64,000 bases of DNA from Gekko japonicus (taxonomy: Eukaryota): positions 36,113 to 100,112 of the forward strand of contig NW_015166495.1 in the NCBI RefSeq assembly GCF_001447785.1. The letters are read 5' to 3'. Positions within the stretch are counted from its first letter, which is position 1. Every line of letters begins with the position of its first letter. This document shows, piece after piece, positions 52,071 to 64,000 of the stretch. Below the pieces are notes generated by a model. That model was given only the letters and a program-made list of their open reading frames with translations, was not told the DNA's origin and ran no database searches. Made by a program: the position numbers and the translations under genes.

Positions 52071-52361
52071 TGTTTAATCCCTAGCATTTCCAGTTAAAAT
52101 GATCTGGTAGTAGGTGATGTGAAAGACTTTTGCCTTTAAGTCCCGAGAGAACTGCTGCCTGTTAGTGTAGACAAAACTGACCTTGATAGATTCTCAAACA
52201 GCTTCACAGTCTTGCGTTCTTAAATTGTGGGTGTAGAAGCCCTTCACAGGATTAATATATTGTATGGAGAATCTGATTCCCAGGTCTTGGGTTGCTACTG
52301 AATTTCTAGTGCGGTTCTTATTCTGGCATCTAACACATGATAAATTCTTGGGAAACTCACA

Positions 52362-52980
52362 TAAGAACACAAGAGAAGCCATGTCGGATCAGGCCAGTGG
52401 CCCATCCGGTCCAACACTCTGTATCACACAGTGGCCAAAACCCAGGTGCCAACAGGAGGTCCAGCAGCAGGGCCAGAACTCCAGAAGCCCCCCCAGTGTT
52501 GCCCCCCAAGCACCAAGAATGCAGAGCATCACTGCCCCAGACATAGTGTTCCTTCTATACCTTGTGGCTAACAGCCACTGATGGACCTCTGCTCCATATG
52601 CTTATCCAATCCCCTCTTGAAGCTGCCACCACTTCCTGCGGCAGTGAATTCCATGTTCTAATTACTCTGAGGGTGAAGAAGTACTTTCTTTTATGTCTTC
52701 TAAGCCTATTGCTCATTGATTCCGTTGAGTGGCCACAAGTTCTTGTATTGTGAGAAAGCGAGAAATGTGCTACTTTCTCTACCTTCTCTATCCCAAGCAT
52801 AATTTTGTAAGCCTCTATCATGTCACCCCTCAGTCATCATTTCTATGAGCTAAAAAACTGCTTTAACCTTTCTTCATGGGGAAGGTGTTCGATCCCCTCA
52901 ATCGTTTTAGTTGCCCTTTTCCGCACCTTTTCCAATGCTATCGTATCTTTTTTGAGATACGGTGACCAGAACTGTACACA
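52362..52980 (-). mobile_element. CR1-type LINE 3' fragment
   Basis: MIEAYKIM..RKYFFTLRVIRTWNSLPQEVV. Further CR1 3' ends at ~4144-4600 and ~63770-63940 ((TTCTATGA)n tails), and short related pieces at 29163-29360 and 43947-44190. Confidence 0.8.
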
Positions 52981-55149
52981 GCCTGGTTGACCTCAGTGGG
53001 AACTTAAGTAAGCATGAATGAGACTGAACACTGTATATGTTTTCAATGCAGAACTTATTGTGTGGTTGGGAAATCATTTTGTTCACGTTTTTGGTATAGG
53101 GATGAGGAGTGGAAGGATTTAATGTTGTGACAAAGAAAGCATTTTGGAGAGAGAAAAGCATACATCTCTTTGTGGTTTTTTAAAATGAAACATGGTATGT
53201 AACATGAAGATCAGTTACGAAAGGCTAGATGTCTGCCTCAGTATCCAGAAATATGATGCTACTTCAGATGCAGCTATATCAGGCCCTTGATATTGGGTTA
53301 TTAGTAACAACTATTGCTTCTACAGAGATTATTAATCAAAGGGCAGAAAACTGGCTAACCTAAGAGGCTAAACCAAATTTCCACTGATTTCAGCATTCTG
53401 CTTCCATCAGTGGCTAGCAAAAGCTGGCATTCATTTTTCAGGAGAAGCAGCAATAATACATCACATTCATTGCATCCGTTTCAGGGATAAACTTGAGATG
53501 TTGCATGAGGCTGCTTCTACTCCATGGCTGGTGTCCAGAGAGCTTCAGAATATGATAGTCACAGTTACCTGTGATCACTAACACCCACTGATAAACCCAT
53601 CCTATCTGTTGTTCGATACCCTGTTTAAACTACTCCTCTTTCCTGCATTTGGAATAGTTCCTGTCAGGGAAGCTGATACTGTTTTGTCCTAAGGGGGCAT
53701 CAGCATTGCTGTCTTACAATACTGGGCTGATTTCAGGTCTGGAACTGGTCCCCTCCCTCTTTACAGCTATTCACACGAGTTGGTGCTTATATTGCCTGAG
53801 TTCTTCTTTGACCTGGCACTTCCCTACAAATGGCCACAGGGATTAAGTTGTGGTGAAATGCCATCATAAAGGGATAGTAGAATGATTCTGTTGAAGCCTT
53901 AGCAACAGATGAGGTAAGTGATTCCTTTTTAATTATCATCATCATCAAGTTTATTGTATTAGCCATTGGCCATAACAAAACATAAATACAAACACAATCC
54001 GTATGCATCACATTAAGTTATCCCTTCACTAACTTGCGCTGAATCCTAGGCTTAATCTTATCTTTTTTGCCGCCAAAGCAAACAGGGACATTCTGCTGGT
54101 AACATAAACATCCATATCAGAGAGCAAAAAAACAACTAACTCCTGTTTTGAGAATCCATTGTGCAAAGGTAAAATAGGGTATATAAATCTCTGCCTAAGT
54201 GATTCGTGCCATGAGCATCTCAGTAAATAGTGCTCAATATCATCCACTTCGCCCAAACCACATTGACGGATTCTTAAGGCAACAGGTAAACCCATAAAAC
54301 GACCAACACAGACCATTTAGAAATACAATGCCAGATAGTACAAGTTCCCTAAAATACATGAACACCCAGAGGTATCTTAGGATAGCGAGATGGTTCCAAA
54401 CTGGACACTTTGGGCTCTCCAGTCCAAGTCCTGGGAAAGAGACTTTCTCAGTGCTTCTCGTTTCCCAATGAAACACAGGTAGATTTTGCTATTGAGCAAA
54501 ATTTAGCTACCTTCTCCGTAATCTGATGGTATTTATCTGCTAGGAGGACATTAAGATTTTTCTGTTCTTCCTGGGAATTTTTGTAGAATGGGGAAAAGCA
54601 GCTCATATCAAATTTCTATGTAAAGAGGACAATGTAGAAGAACGTGCCCTGTCAGTTCTACTTCTTGACTACTGCAGGGCAATTCCATTCAAAATACGGG
54701 CTTTTTGATGTCCTCCTAGCAGATAATGTTTTACACTTTGATGTTTAACAACTCACAAAGGAGAACATTAAATAGACCCTGAGAAAAAGCAAATCTTGTT
54801 TTCAGAGCTATAAGATTCCCCAAATAGTTTGCTGGCACAAATTGCTTATGCTCAGTATAATAGTATCTCCTGGCAATGCTGAAATGCTATTGTAGCTGTT
54901 TATCTTGAATTCTTTGGCTGATCACAGATGAGGTTTTTGTATAACATAAATTCATGAGATCCCTAGGTGAAAGCCCCATTTTCTGTAGCTTCAGATAGAG
55001 GAGATTTTTCTGCCTTGATTGATGAACGGGTTGACATATTTAATATTACAAGACACCTTAATACCCCCCTGGGTTAAGGCTCTATAGAGGAAAAACTCCC
55101 TTATTTTGCCCTCACAAAACAATATCTGTGTTGCCTTGCCTATGACAAG

Positions 55150-56406
55150 CTACAGAAATGATAAAACAGAGGATTACAGATACTGATAGGCAGAACGATA
55201 TAGGTAGAACAGAGAAATGGCATACACTTCTTGATCCTATCAACAGAGTAAGTCCTATGGCCTATTTTCACCATCAGTCAAACCACGAATATAGGAGAAT
55301 GTTTACACTTATGGGCTGGGATGTTCTTCCTCTAGCGAATACAGAGAGAAAGTACAAGAAAATCCCCTTTGAGGAACGCATATGCCCCTGCTGTAACAAA
55401 GGCATTGAACATTTAGAACATGTTATGTTCGACTGTAAGGCCTATAATAATCTTCGTAAATCTCTTCCGCTCCCCAAGTCTTTTCCTCTCACTAGTAGGC
55501 AAAGAGTCTGTATTATGAAAAATCTTCTCGCAGAGAGGCACTCAGAGGTAACACATCAAGTGGCTAGATTTGGATGGAGTGCTTTAAGAATTAGAAAATC
55601 TATAATAGTGTAGCAAGTTAATCATCTTACAGTTAACTGTATACCTCTTAAGAATTTGTATTTTACTGCTGTTTTAAGCTTCTTTTACTTTCATTCAAAG
55701 GTGTTTTACTATTAATTTTGTTGTGTCTTAAATGTTAATTGCTGGCTTTGGCCATAAATAAAACTTAAAACTTAAAAACAATCAACAACACTGTTAAATT
55801 CCTTTGGGCATTTGTCTTGATACACTTTAATTGGGCATACCAGGTACCAGAACCATGAAAAATTACCCCTAAATATTTGTAACATTTAACCTGATCAATG
55901 CTACTTCCTGTAATTGACCATCTATATCTATTTTTCTCTTTGGCGAAAATAAGAAATTTAGACTTATTAAAATTAATTGTTAAACCTTTATCATAAAAAT
56001 CTGCCAACTCTCTCAACAATCATTTTAACCCTTTGCCCATAATCTATCTCTAGATATAAAGTCAAAGGCTAATTTAAAATCAATGAAAACAATGAGTACA
56101 GTTCCTCTTCTTGAATGACCGTATTTATCTACAAGGAGCTGTAGAATTAAGCCCTGGTCAATTGTTGAACATCCGCTTCTAAGACCTGCCTGTTCGTCTG
56201 CAAGAATATTTCCTCCTCAAGCCAATCCAACATCTTCTTTAACAGATGCTCACATACAATTTACTAATAACACTCAAGAGTGTAGGGCAGTGCAGGATTC
56301 TCCTGCCTGGAGATTGGGAACCCAGATGTATTTGTGTGCTAACAGCATGAGAAGTCTGGTGATTCCTACGCAGTCAGTGTTGTGACCTTGGCAGATAACA
56401 TAGAGC

Positions 56407-56441
<35 letters not shown>

Positions 56442-57020
56442 TTCCTTAAGGATGCTAGAATGCTTGAAACTTTCCTCTACGCAGATAGATGGAGGAAGAG
56501 AGGAGGGGGGGAGGAAAGGGGGGGAAAACGGAGCTTATAAATAAATGCTGGGAAGCCAAGAGGTTTCAGACAGTTCCTGCAAGCTTGTATCCTGTCGTCT
56601 TTGCTTCGCCTGCACCCCCACACCCCAAGGAGCAGCACCACACAAGAGGCTAACTGGTTGATAATTAGAAGGATCCGACCTACAGCCCATCTTAAAAATT
56701 GGAATAATTATAGCTAACTCAGAATCTGGCTGTACGATCAATCCATGTAAAATAGAGCCATTAACACTGGAACCCACCAATCCAGATTATCCTTTAACAT
56801 CTCAGATGGTATATTAACAGTTCAAAGAGTCTGCCCTGAGTTTAACTGAAGATTTCTAACTTCAGGGGCAGAAATCTGGGGCCATACAGGTAAGTCAATC
56901 TGCTCAGATGTAAAAGACTGGACAGCATCTTCTGCATAAATGCTCTGAAAATACATCTCCCAATCGCTTGCTGAAATGTATGCCTCGCGGTTAACAAAGT
57001 GTGTACATAAAGCTCCTGCC
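55150..57020. mobile_element. Degenerate LINE fragments on both strands
   Basis: ERICPCC..EHLEHVMFDC (+); GLTINFNKSK..YKYLGV and IIIPIFKMG..DPSNYQPVSLL (-). Confidence 0.7.
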
Positions 57021-57108
57021 ATTTAACAAAAGGGTGAATAAACATGTTCGTTGAACGAAATTTCCTGCGGATGAAACTATGCTTCTCAATCTTCCTCTTG
57101 CAGGAGAT

Positions 57109-58044
57109 ATGGAAAACTGGGATAACACAACTACAGTGACCGAGTTTGTGCTCGTGGGCCTCTCCAGACTGCCCCATGTGCGTGCTGCCTTGTTCGTCCT
57201 CTTCTTGGTCATGTATGCCATCACCGTAGCTGGGAATGGTCTCATTGTGGTGTTGATCGTGATGGATCCTCAGCTCCACACACCCATGTATTTCTTCCTC
57301 AGCAACCTCTCCTTCATTGACGTCTGCTATGTCACCACCTCTGTCCCCCAGATGCTGGCGCACTGCTTCACAGACAAGGCCCTTATCCCCCTGGGAAGGT
57401 GTTTTGCACAAATGACCATCTCTCTTTTTTTGGGAGTGGCTGAGTGCTTCTTATTAGCTGTCATGGCTTATGACCGCTTTGTGGCAATATGCAGACCTCT
57501 ACACTATAACTTAATCATGAGCCAGAAGGCGTGCATCATCCTGGCGGTCAGCCTGTGGCTCAGCTCTTTCCTCTTGACCATTGTCCCCTTTTTTAGCATG
57601 CAGGCACGCTTGTGTGGCCGCAATGTGGTGAATCATTTTACATGTGAGGCCCAGGCAGTGTTGAAATTGGCCTGCTCCGACACTCAAGCCAATGGCCTTA
57701 GCATGATGATAACAAGCGTCTTCACTCTTCTGTTCCCCTTTGTTTTCATCCTTGTGACATACGGGCGTGTTGGTCTGGCTGTCCTGCGCATCCGCTCTGC
57801 CCAAGGACAGGGGAAAGCTTTGTCTACCTGTGGCTCTCATCTGGCCGTGGTGGGCATTTTTTATGGCACTGCCTTGGCCGCATACCTGAAGCCTCAGACC
57901 AAAAGCTTCACGGACAGGGACAAAATAGTGGCTGTCTTTTATGGGATCGTGACCCCAATGCTCAACCCACTGATCTACAGCCTGAGAAACAGAGATGTGA
58001 AGGCAGCCTTATGGAGGCTGATTGGGAGGAAAGTAGAGAAGTAA
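57109..58044 (+). CDS. Olfactory receptor, class II, intact (OR-E)
   Basis: 311-aa ORF from MENWDNTTT with canonical OR motifs; acceptor cttcctcttgcag|gagatATG. Head-to-head with OR-D. Confidence 0.95.
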   Translation: MENWDNTTTVTEFVLVGLSRLPHVRAALFVLFLVMYAITVAGNGLIVVLIVMDPQLHTPMYFFLSNLSFIDVCYVTTSVPQMLAHCFTDKALIPLGRCFAQMTISLFLGVAECFLLAVMAYDRFVAICRPLHYNLIMSQKACIILAVSLWLSSFLLTIVPFFSMQARLCGRNVVNHFTCEAQAVLKLACSDTQANGLSMMITSVFTLLFPFVFILVTYGRVGLAVLRIRSAQGQGKALSTCGSHLAVVGIFYGTALAAYLKPQTKSFTDRDKIVAVFYGIVTPMLNPLIYSLRNRDVKAALWRLIGRKVEK

Positions 58045-58393
58045 ACCACTTCCCAAACATAATGTCCATACTGATATCCTTGCAGCACAAATATGTATAC
58101 CCATGTTTCTATGTCTGTTGTTTCTGTTGTTCTTAAGATTGTTTCTGTTGCTAATATTCCAATACCAGAGTACATAATATTTTACATAGCTTATTCAAAA
58201 AGCACACAATAGAACACTGGATCCAGAATAATCCTTTAAAATCCTTTAAAATTCTTGAAGCAGAAATTGTACATTTTCCTTGGCAAGTTGTCCCCAAAAT
58301 GTAAGCTACGGTCAGTTTTGTCAGTGTGTCAGGGCACAGCTGTAAAACACCACCTTGTAAATACTGCCATTTAAGAAAATTTTCCCCTACATC

Positions 58394-58924
58394 GGCTGCG
58401 GTCACACGGAACATTAGCCACCCTAGTCAGACGGAAGACATGCGGAGTTTCCGGACGCGATCTCACCGGCACGTCTGGGAAGCGTAGCACTCCCGTGGCT
58501 CAAACGAGGCTTCCCGCTGAAACCGCGCAGCAAAAAACTAGTACCTCGGAGGTACTAGTAACCGGAAACCGCGGGGCAAGGGCGGGCGTCTGATCGCGCT
58601 TCCGGTGGCATCCGACGCCCGCCCATGTTCCCGTCCTTGCAAAACAGTTTTTTCCCCAGGTCTTCGTGGATGCGCAAAAGCACCCCACGGAGCATGCGCA
58701 GTCCTGCTGTACAGAAAAAAAAACTATCCAGTTTGCCGAACCGCGCGCTTCGTTTTTGCGCACGGGATTGTCCTGCGATCGGTACCTCTCCCTTCCCACG
58801 GGACCTCCACGGTACCTCCACGGTACCTCCACGGGAGGTCTGGTCAGGTAACGGCGCCTTAGTTTGCCCTGGGGCACACTGCCATGCTTCCCCCCCGCGG
58901 TTTCCTGCTCGTGTGACCGGGGCC
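58394..58924. mobile_element. Harbinger-like MITE
   Basis: GGCTGCGGTCACAC/GTGTGACCGGGGCC TIRs, 3-bp TSD ATC, CpG-rich. Confidence 0.8.
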
Positions 58925-58954
58925 ATCATATGAAAATGCAACAAACTTAGATTA

Positions 58955-60790
<1,836 letters not shown>

Positions 60791-61749
60791 TTCAGTGTAC
60801 CATGGCTCCTTTTGTTGCAAAAATAGTAATCAATAATAAGGTGAATATTTCTACCAATGATCCCTAACGTGGTGCCCGGTGATACTATGATATCCACCAA
60901 TGTGTTTCTTGATGCTGGCTTGCTCTTTCCCCAAATCATCTCCTCATCAGTGCAAAGAGCCCTTTCTGTCTTTCCTTCACCTTGCTGGAGCAGAAGCTGC
61001 TCAGAAGAGCCCTTGTGGTATCACTTTTGTGTCTGCAGAGAGTACCCATTCAGAAACAGCTCCTTCCATGATATGAAGATGCTTTAGTTAGAACTGCCTA
61101 ACATTTTGTGGAACCTAGCAATGTTTTAAGACCAGACACCGCTTCCTTGGCAGCCATTTTTTATTGGTCCCTCCCATCCTCTGGCAGCCGTTTTGTTGTG
61201 CCCACAGGTTCAACAAAATTGCAGACTCTAACTTGTATCTGTCCCAGGGATCTTGCATTCTAATTTCCAATAATGGGATCAAACAGGAGGGAGTCTAGAG
61301 AGCAAGAGGGGAAGAAGGCAATAATATTCAAAGATGATTGCAAGCAAATTATGTTTATTGGACTGAGGAATGAAGGGGAGGTTAGTTGGTGACTTTCTTG
61401 GGAAGGGGAACTAGGCCAGGTGAATCTTGATCTGAACCTACAAGGCATTTCTTATGACCTTAAGCAAGAGTGTCTTCCCACGGTGTCATAGTCTTGCCCT
61501 TTTAGTGGTTGGATTAACAGTATTAAGGACACTCAAGAAAGGCCCATGTCCAGTTACCTGAAGACACTGATAGCCTTTGATCCACTAAGAAGAGAAAGAT
61601 CCATTGTGAATATATTCTCAGACAGTAAGATATTAGCAAGGAATGGTGGGTTAAGAAATATACAAGCATGGTGAAGCAGCTTTGATTTCTCTGAGTTCAA
61701 GGACCAGCTTTGGCCTTTTTTTCAAGAAAAAACCACAGTTCTCGAGTAA

Positions 61750-63760
61750 GTCACTTTGTCCCAGAGAGAAATTTCAAAATACACAGTAATTAACAATATG
61801 ACTTTCCATAGGGCCAGAAGTTTTCATAATACCTAGGCTCCTCCCAATGCCGAGAAATGGTATCAATGGTAAATATTCTAAAGTAGGCCTTCTGGCTCAC
61901 ATCCACCTGTGAGAAGGGGTAAGCAGTCATTCTCAAATGAGTGGGAAAACACCCCCCCAAACACTCCAAAATCAAAGGACTTCAAAATTTCCTGTAAATA
62001 ATTCAATTCAATACAATCAAATGCTTTCTCTGCATTTATAAAGTAGGAAAATGTATGGCAGGCAAAAAGCTAGGAGGATGTACTTCCTGTGGATGCAACG
62101 GAAGACCATTTAATAGGGGGCTACGTGGCAAGTCAGAGTTCCATGGGTGTCATAGGATTGTGGGAGAGTGGCAATGAACAGATTATATCCCTTCATTCAT
62201 TATTACTCCTGGTTGCTACTATTATTCAAATCTGTTCATTCCATTTGCTCCTGTTTCCTCACTTCCCTCCTCCACCTCATCTCAAAACAGCAATGGATCC
62301 AAACTGTTGGAAACTTACCAAACAAGAGGGTGGGAGTTATATTAGTCTTCCCTCCCCCCATCGCCCTGTCCCAACATTTCAGAAACCTTTGCTGTAGATT
62401 CTGAGGCACTACACCTTCATGATTCCTGGGGAAATACAGTCCCTGGGTGTCTGATCAACATCTAGCTGCAGTTTGTGGGGTGCATCAAGGCACATCACCT
62501 TGGAAAGTGGGTCTATGGTTCCTAGAACCCTGTTGACTGGGTTCCAGCTGGACCTGTATCTGTCTGGTTGATATTGCCCCCAGCGCTGGCCTGGAACCAT
62601 AGCAGCAGGACCACCTACAGCAAGTTAAGTGCAGTTGTGCGGATAAGGGAGAAGGGGAAATGCAATGAAAAGCAAAGAAAAATAATGGCTGCTGTCACAC
62701 GGAGCATTAGCCACGCTACAGAGACGGAAGATAGGCGGATTTTCTGGGCGCAATCAAACCACAACATCTGGGAAGCGTAGAGCTCCCATGGCGAACCCGA
62801 GGCTTCCCACCGAAGATGCGCTGTAAAAAACTAGTACCTCCAAGGTACTAGTTTCCGAAAACTGCGGTGCAAGGGCGGGAGTCTGATCACGTTTCTGGTG
62901 GTAGCTCGTGGCATCCGGTGGCCGCCCATGTCCCGTGGTGAAAAGGTTTTTTTCCCCTAAGTCTCCACGGGATGCACACAAGCACCCAACGGCGCATGCG
63001 CACACTTCGGGTCCCGCTTCTTTGCCGCGCCACTTCTTTGCCTCACCGCAGGATTTACGTATGATCAGCACCTCCCCCCGAACCACGGGACGTCAGCAGG
63101 ACATTTGAACCAGTGGCCGTGCGGTAATTTGCTCCAGGGCAAGCAGCCACACCTCCCCCCCCGCTATATCCAGCCCATGTGACCGGGGCCAATTAAAAGT
63201 AAAGAAATGCACATTCCTATCACTCACTCACTCACTATATCTGTGTAGTGCCTTTCTTTCAATGAAGGGAAGCAGATGAGAAGGCTGGAACTGTGGAGCT
63301 AAGGGTAATTTAGAAAGATGAGGGAGCAGGAGAGGAGGATGGTGACTAAAGATTCCTCTTCTTGATATGGAGATGTGGATGCCAAATAATTTTGGGGTTC
63401 TACAGACCACTGGGCACATCTTGATGTGTTTCATGGTGCCCTGTTCCTTCTTTCCAAAGCAAAAAGCCAATCCTGGCTTTCTCCACTTCATCAGAGCAGA
63501 AGATGCTCCAGAAGAGCCCAGAAGTACCGATGTGGAAATAACTGTCTCTGTCACAGAACAATGCTGGGTTTGGAACCTCTCAGTATTCTGTGGGACCTCA
63601 CAACATTTTGTGATTGGATCCAGCCCTAAAGGCAGACATGTGGTTGTGGCATTTACTACCTGGCCCGAGAAATCCAAAACTGCCCACAGGTTCAGAGCAG
63701 GATTAGGGACCCCCACTATACAGTTAGGATTCCCAGCCAAGGCTTCTTTCTCTTTTCTGT
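61750..63760 (-). mobile_element. DIRS-like (tyrosine-recombinase retrotransposon) RT/RNase H relic
   Basis: Frameshifted remnants LAFCFGK, KMCPVV..GIHI-PYQEE (at the YLDD position), GVNINQ..LGTID and VDVSQKAY, in the expected order. Confidence 0.45.
62687..63190. mobile_element. Harbinger-like MITE (same family as 58394-58924)
   Basis: Same TIRs and left half; 3-bp TSD AAT. Confidence 0.8.
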
Positions 63761-64000
63761 TTCACTGTGACAGTCATAGAATCATAGAACATTAGAGTTG
63801 GAAGGGACCTTGCAGGTCATTTAGTCCAACCCCTGCACTCTGCAGGAGCGTAGCTGAAAGATAGCCCTACAACATACCTGAAAGATGGTTGTCCAGCCTC
63901 CGCTTAAAAACGTCCAGTGAAGGAGCATCCACCACCTCCCAGTCTTTCCCTTGCTTTTCACACAAGATTCAAGCAATAGCACCTTAAAGACCAACAAAAT

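Larger units (their letters stand above)
50810..54450 (+). mobile_element. Ancient Gypsy relic, inverted copy upstream of OR-E (LTR end, PBS, PR, RT)
   Basis: LTR-like 50810-50943 is homologous to the reverse complement of 23628-23780 (AATAAA, ends ..ACA). PBS TGGTGTCAGAAGTG at 50944-50957. PR block at 51060-51440; RT block at ~53600-54450. Confidence 0.68.

Overview
Vertebrate genomic DNA from a squamate reptile (Bov-B LINEs, Sauria SINEs and Squam3-like SINEs; a gecko is plausible but that is inference), with four assembly gaps. The window is an olfactory receptor (OR) cluster of five closely related class II ORs. Three have intact 311-aa ORFs (1033-1968 -, 24990-25925 -, 57109-58044 +). 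One is split by a Bov-B insertion with an 11-bp TSD (10764-12423 -) and one is frameshifted (38747-39692 -). Upstream of every OR, in the same orientation, lies a heavily decayed Gypsy/Ty3 relic (LTR, tRNA-Leu PBS, gag, PR and RT pieces) that was evidently duplicated together with the OR; the ORF track does not reveal it. Also present: a young, apparently intact Gypsy element (357-bp LTRs differing at one base, 5-bp TSD, tRNA-Ser PBS, 1387-aa gag-pol), a HINT1 processed pseudogene, a miniature deleted LTR element, a 152-bp inverted-repeat element with 16-bp flanking direct repeats, hAT and Harbinger-type MITEs with TSDs, Penelope-like ends with hammerhead-like cores, a DIRS-like relic, and many SINE/LINE fragments. 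All family assignments come from motifs read by eye, not from database searches.
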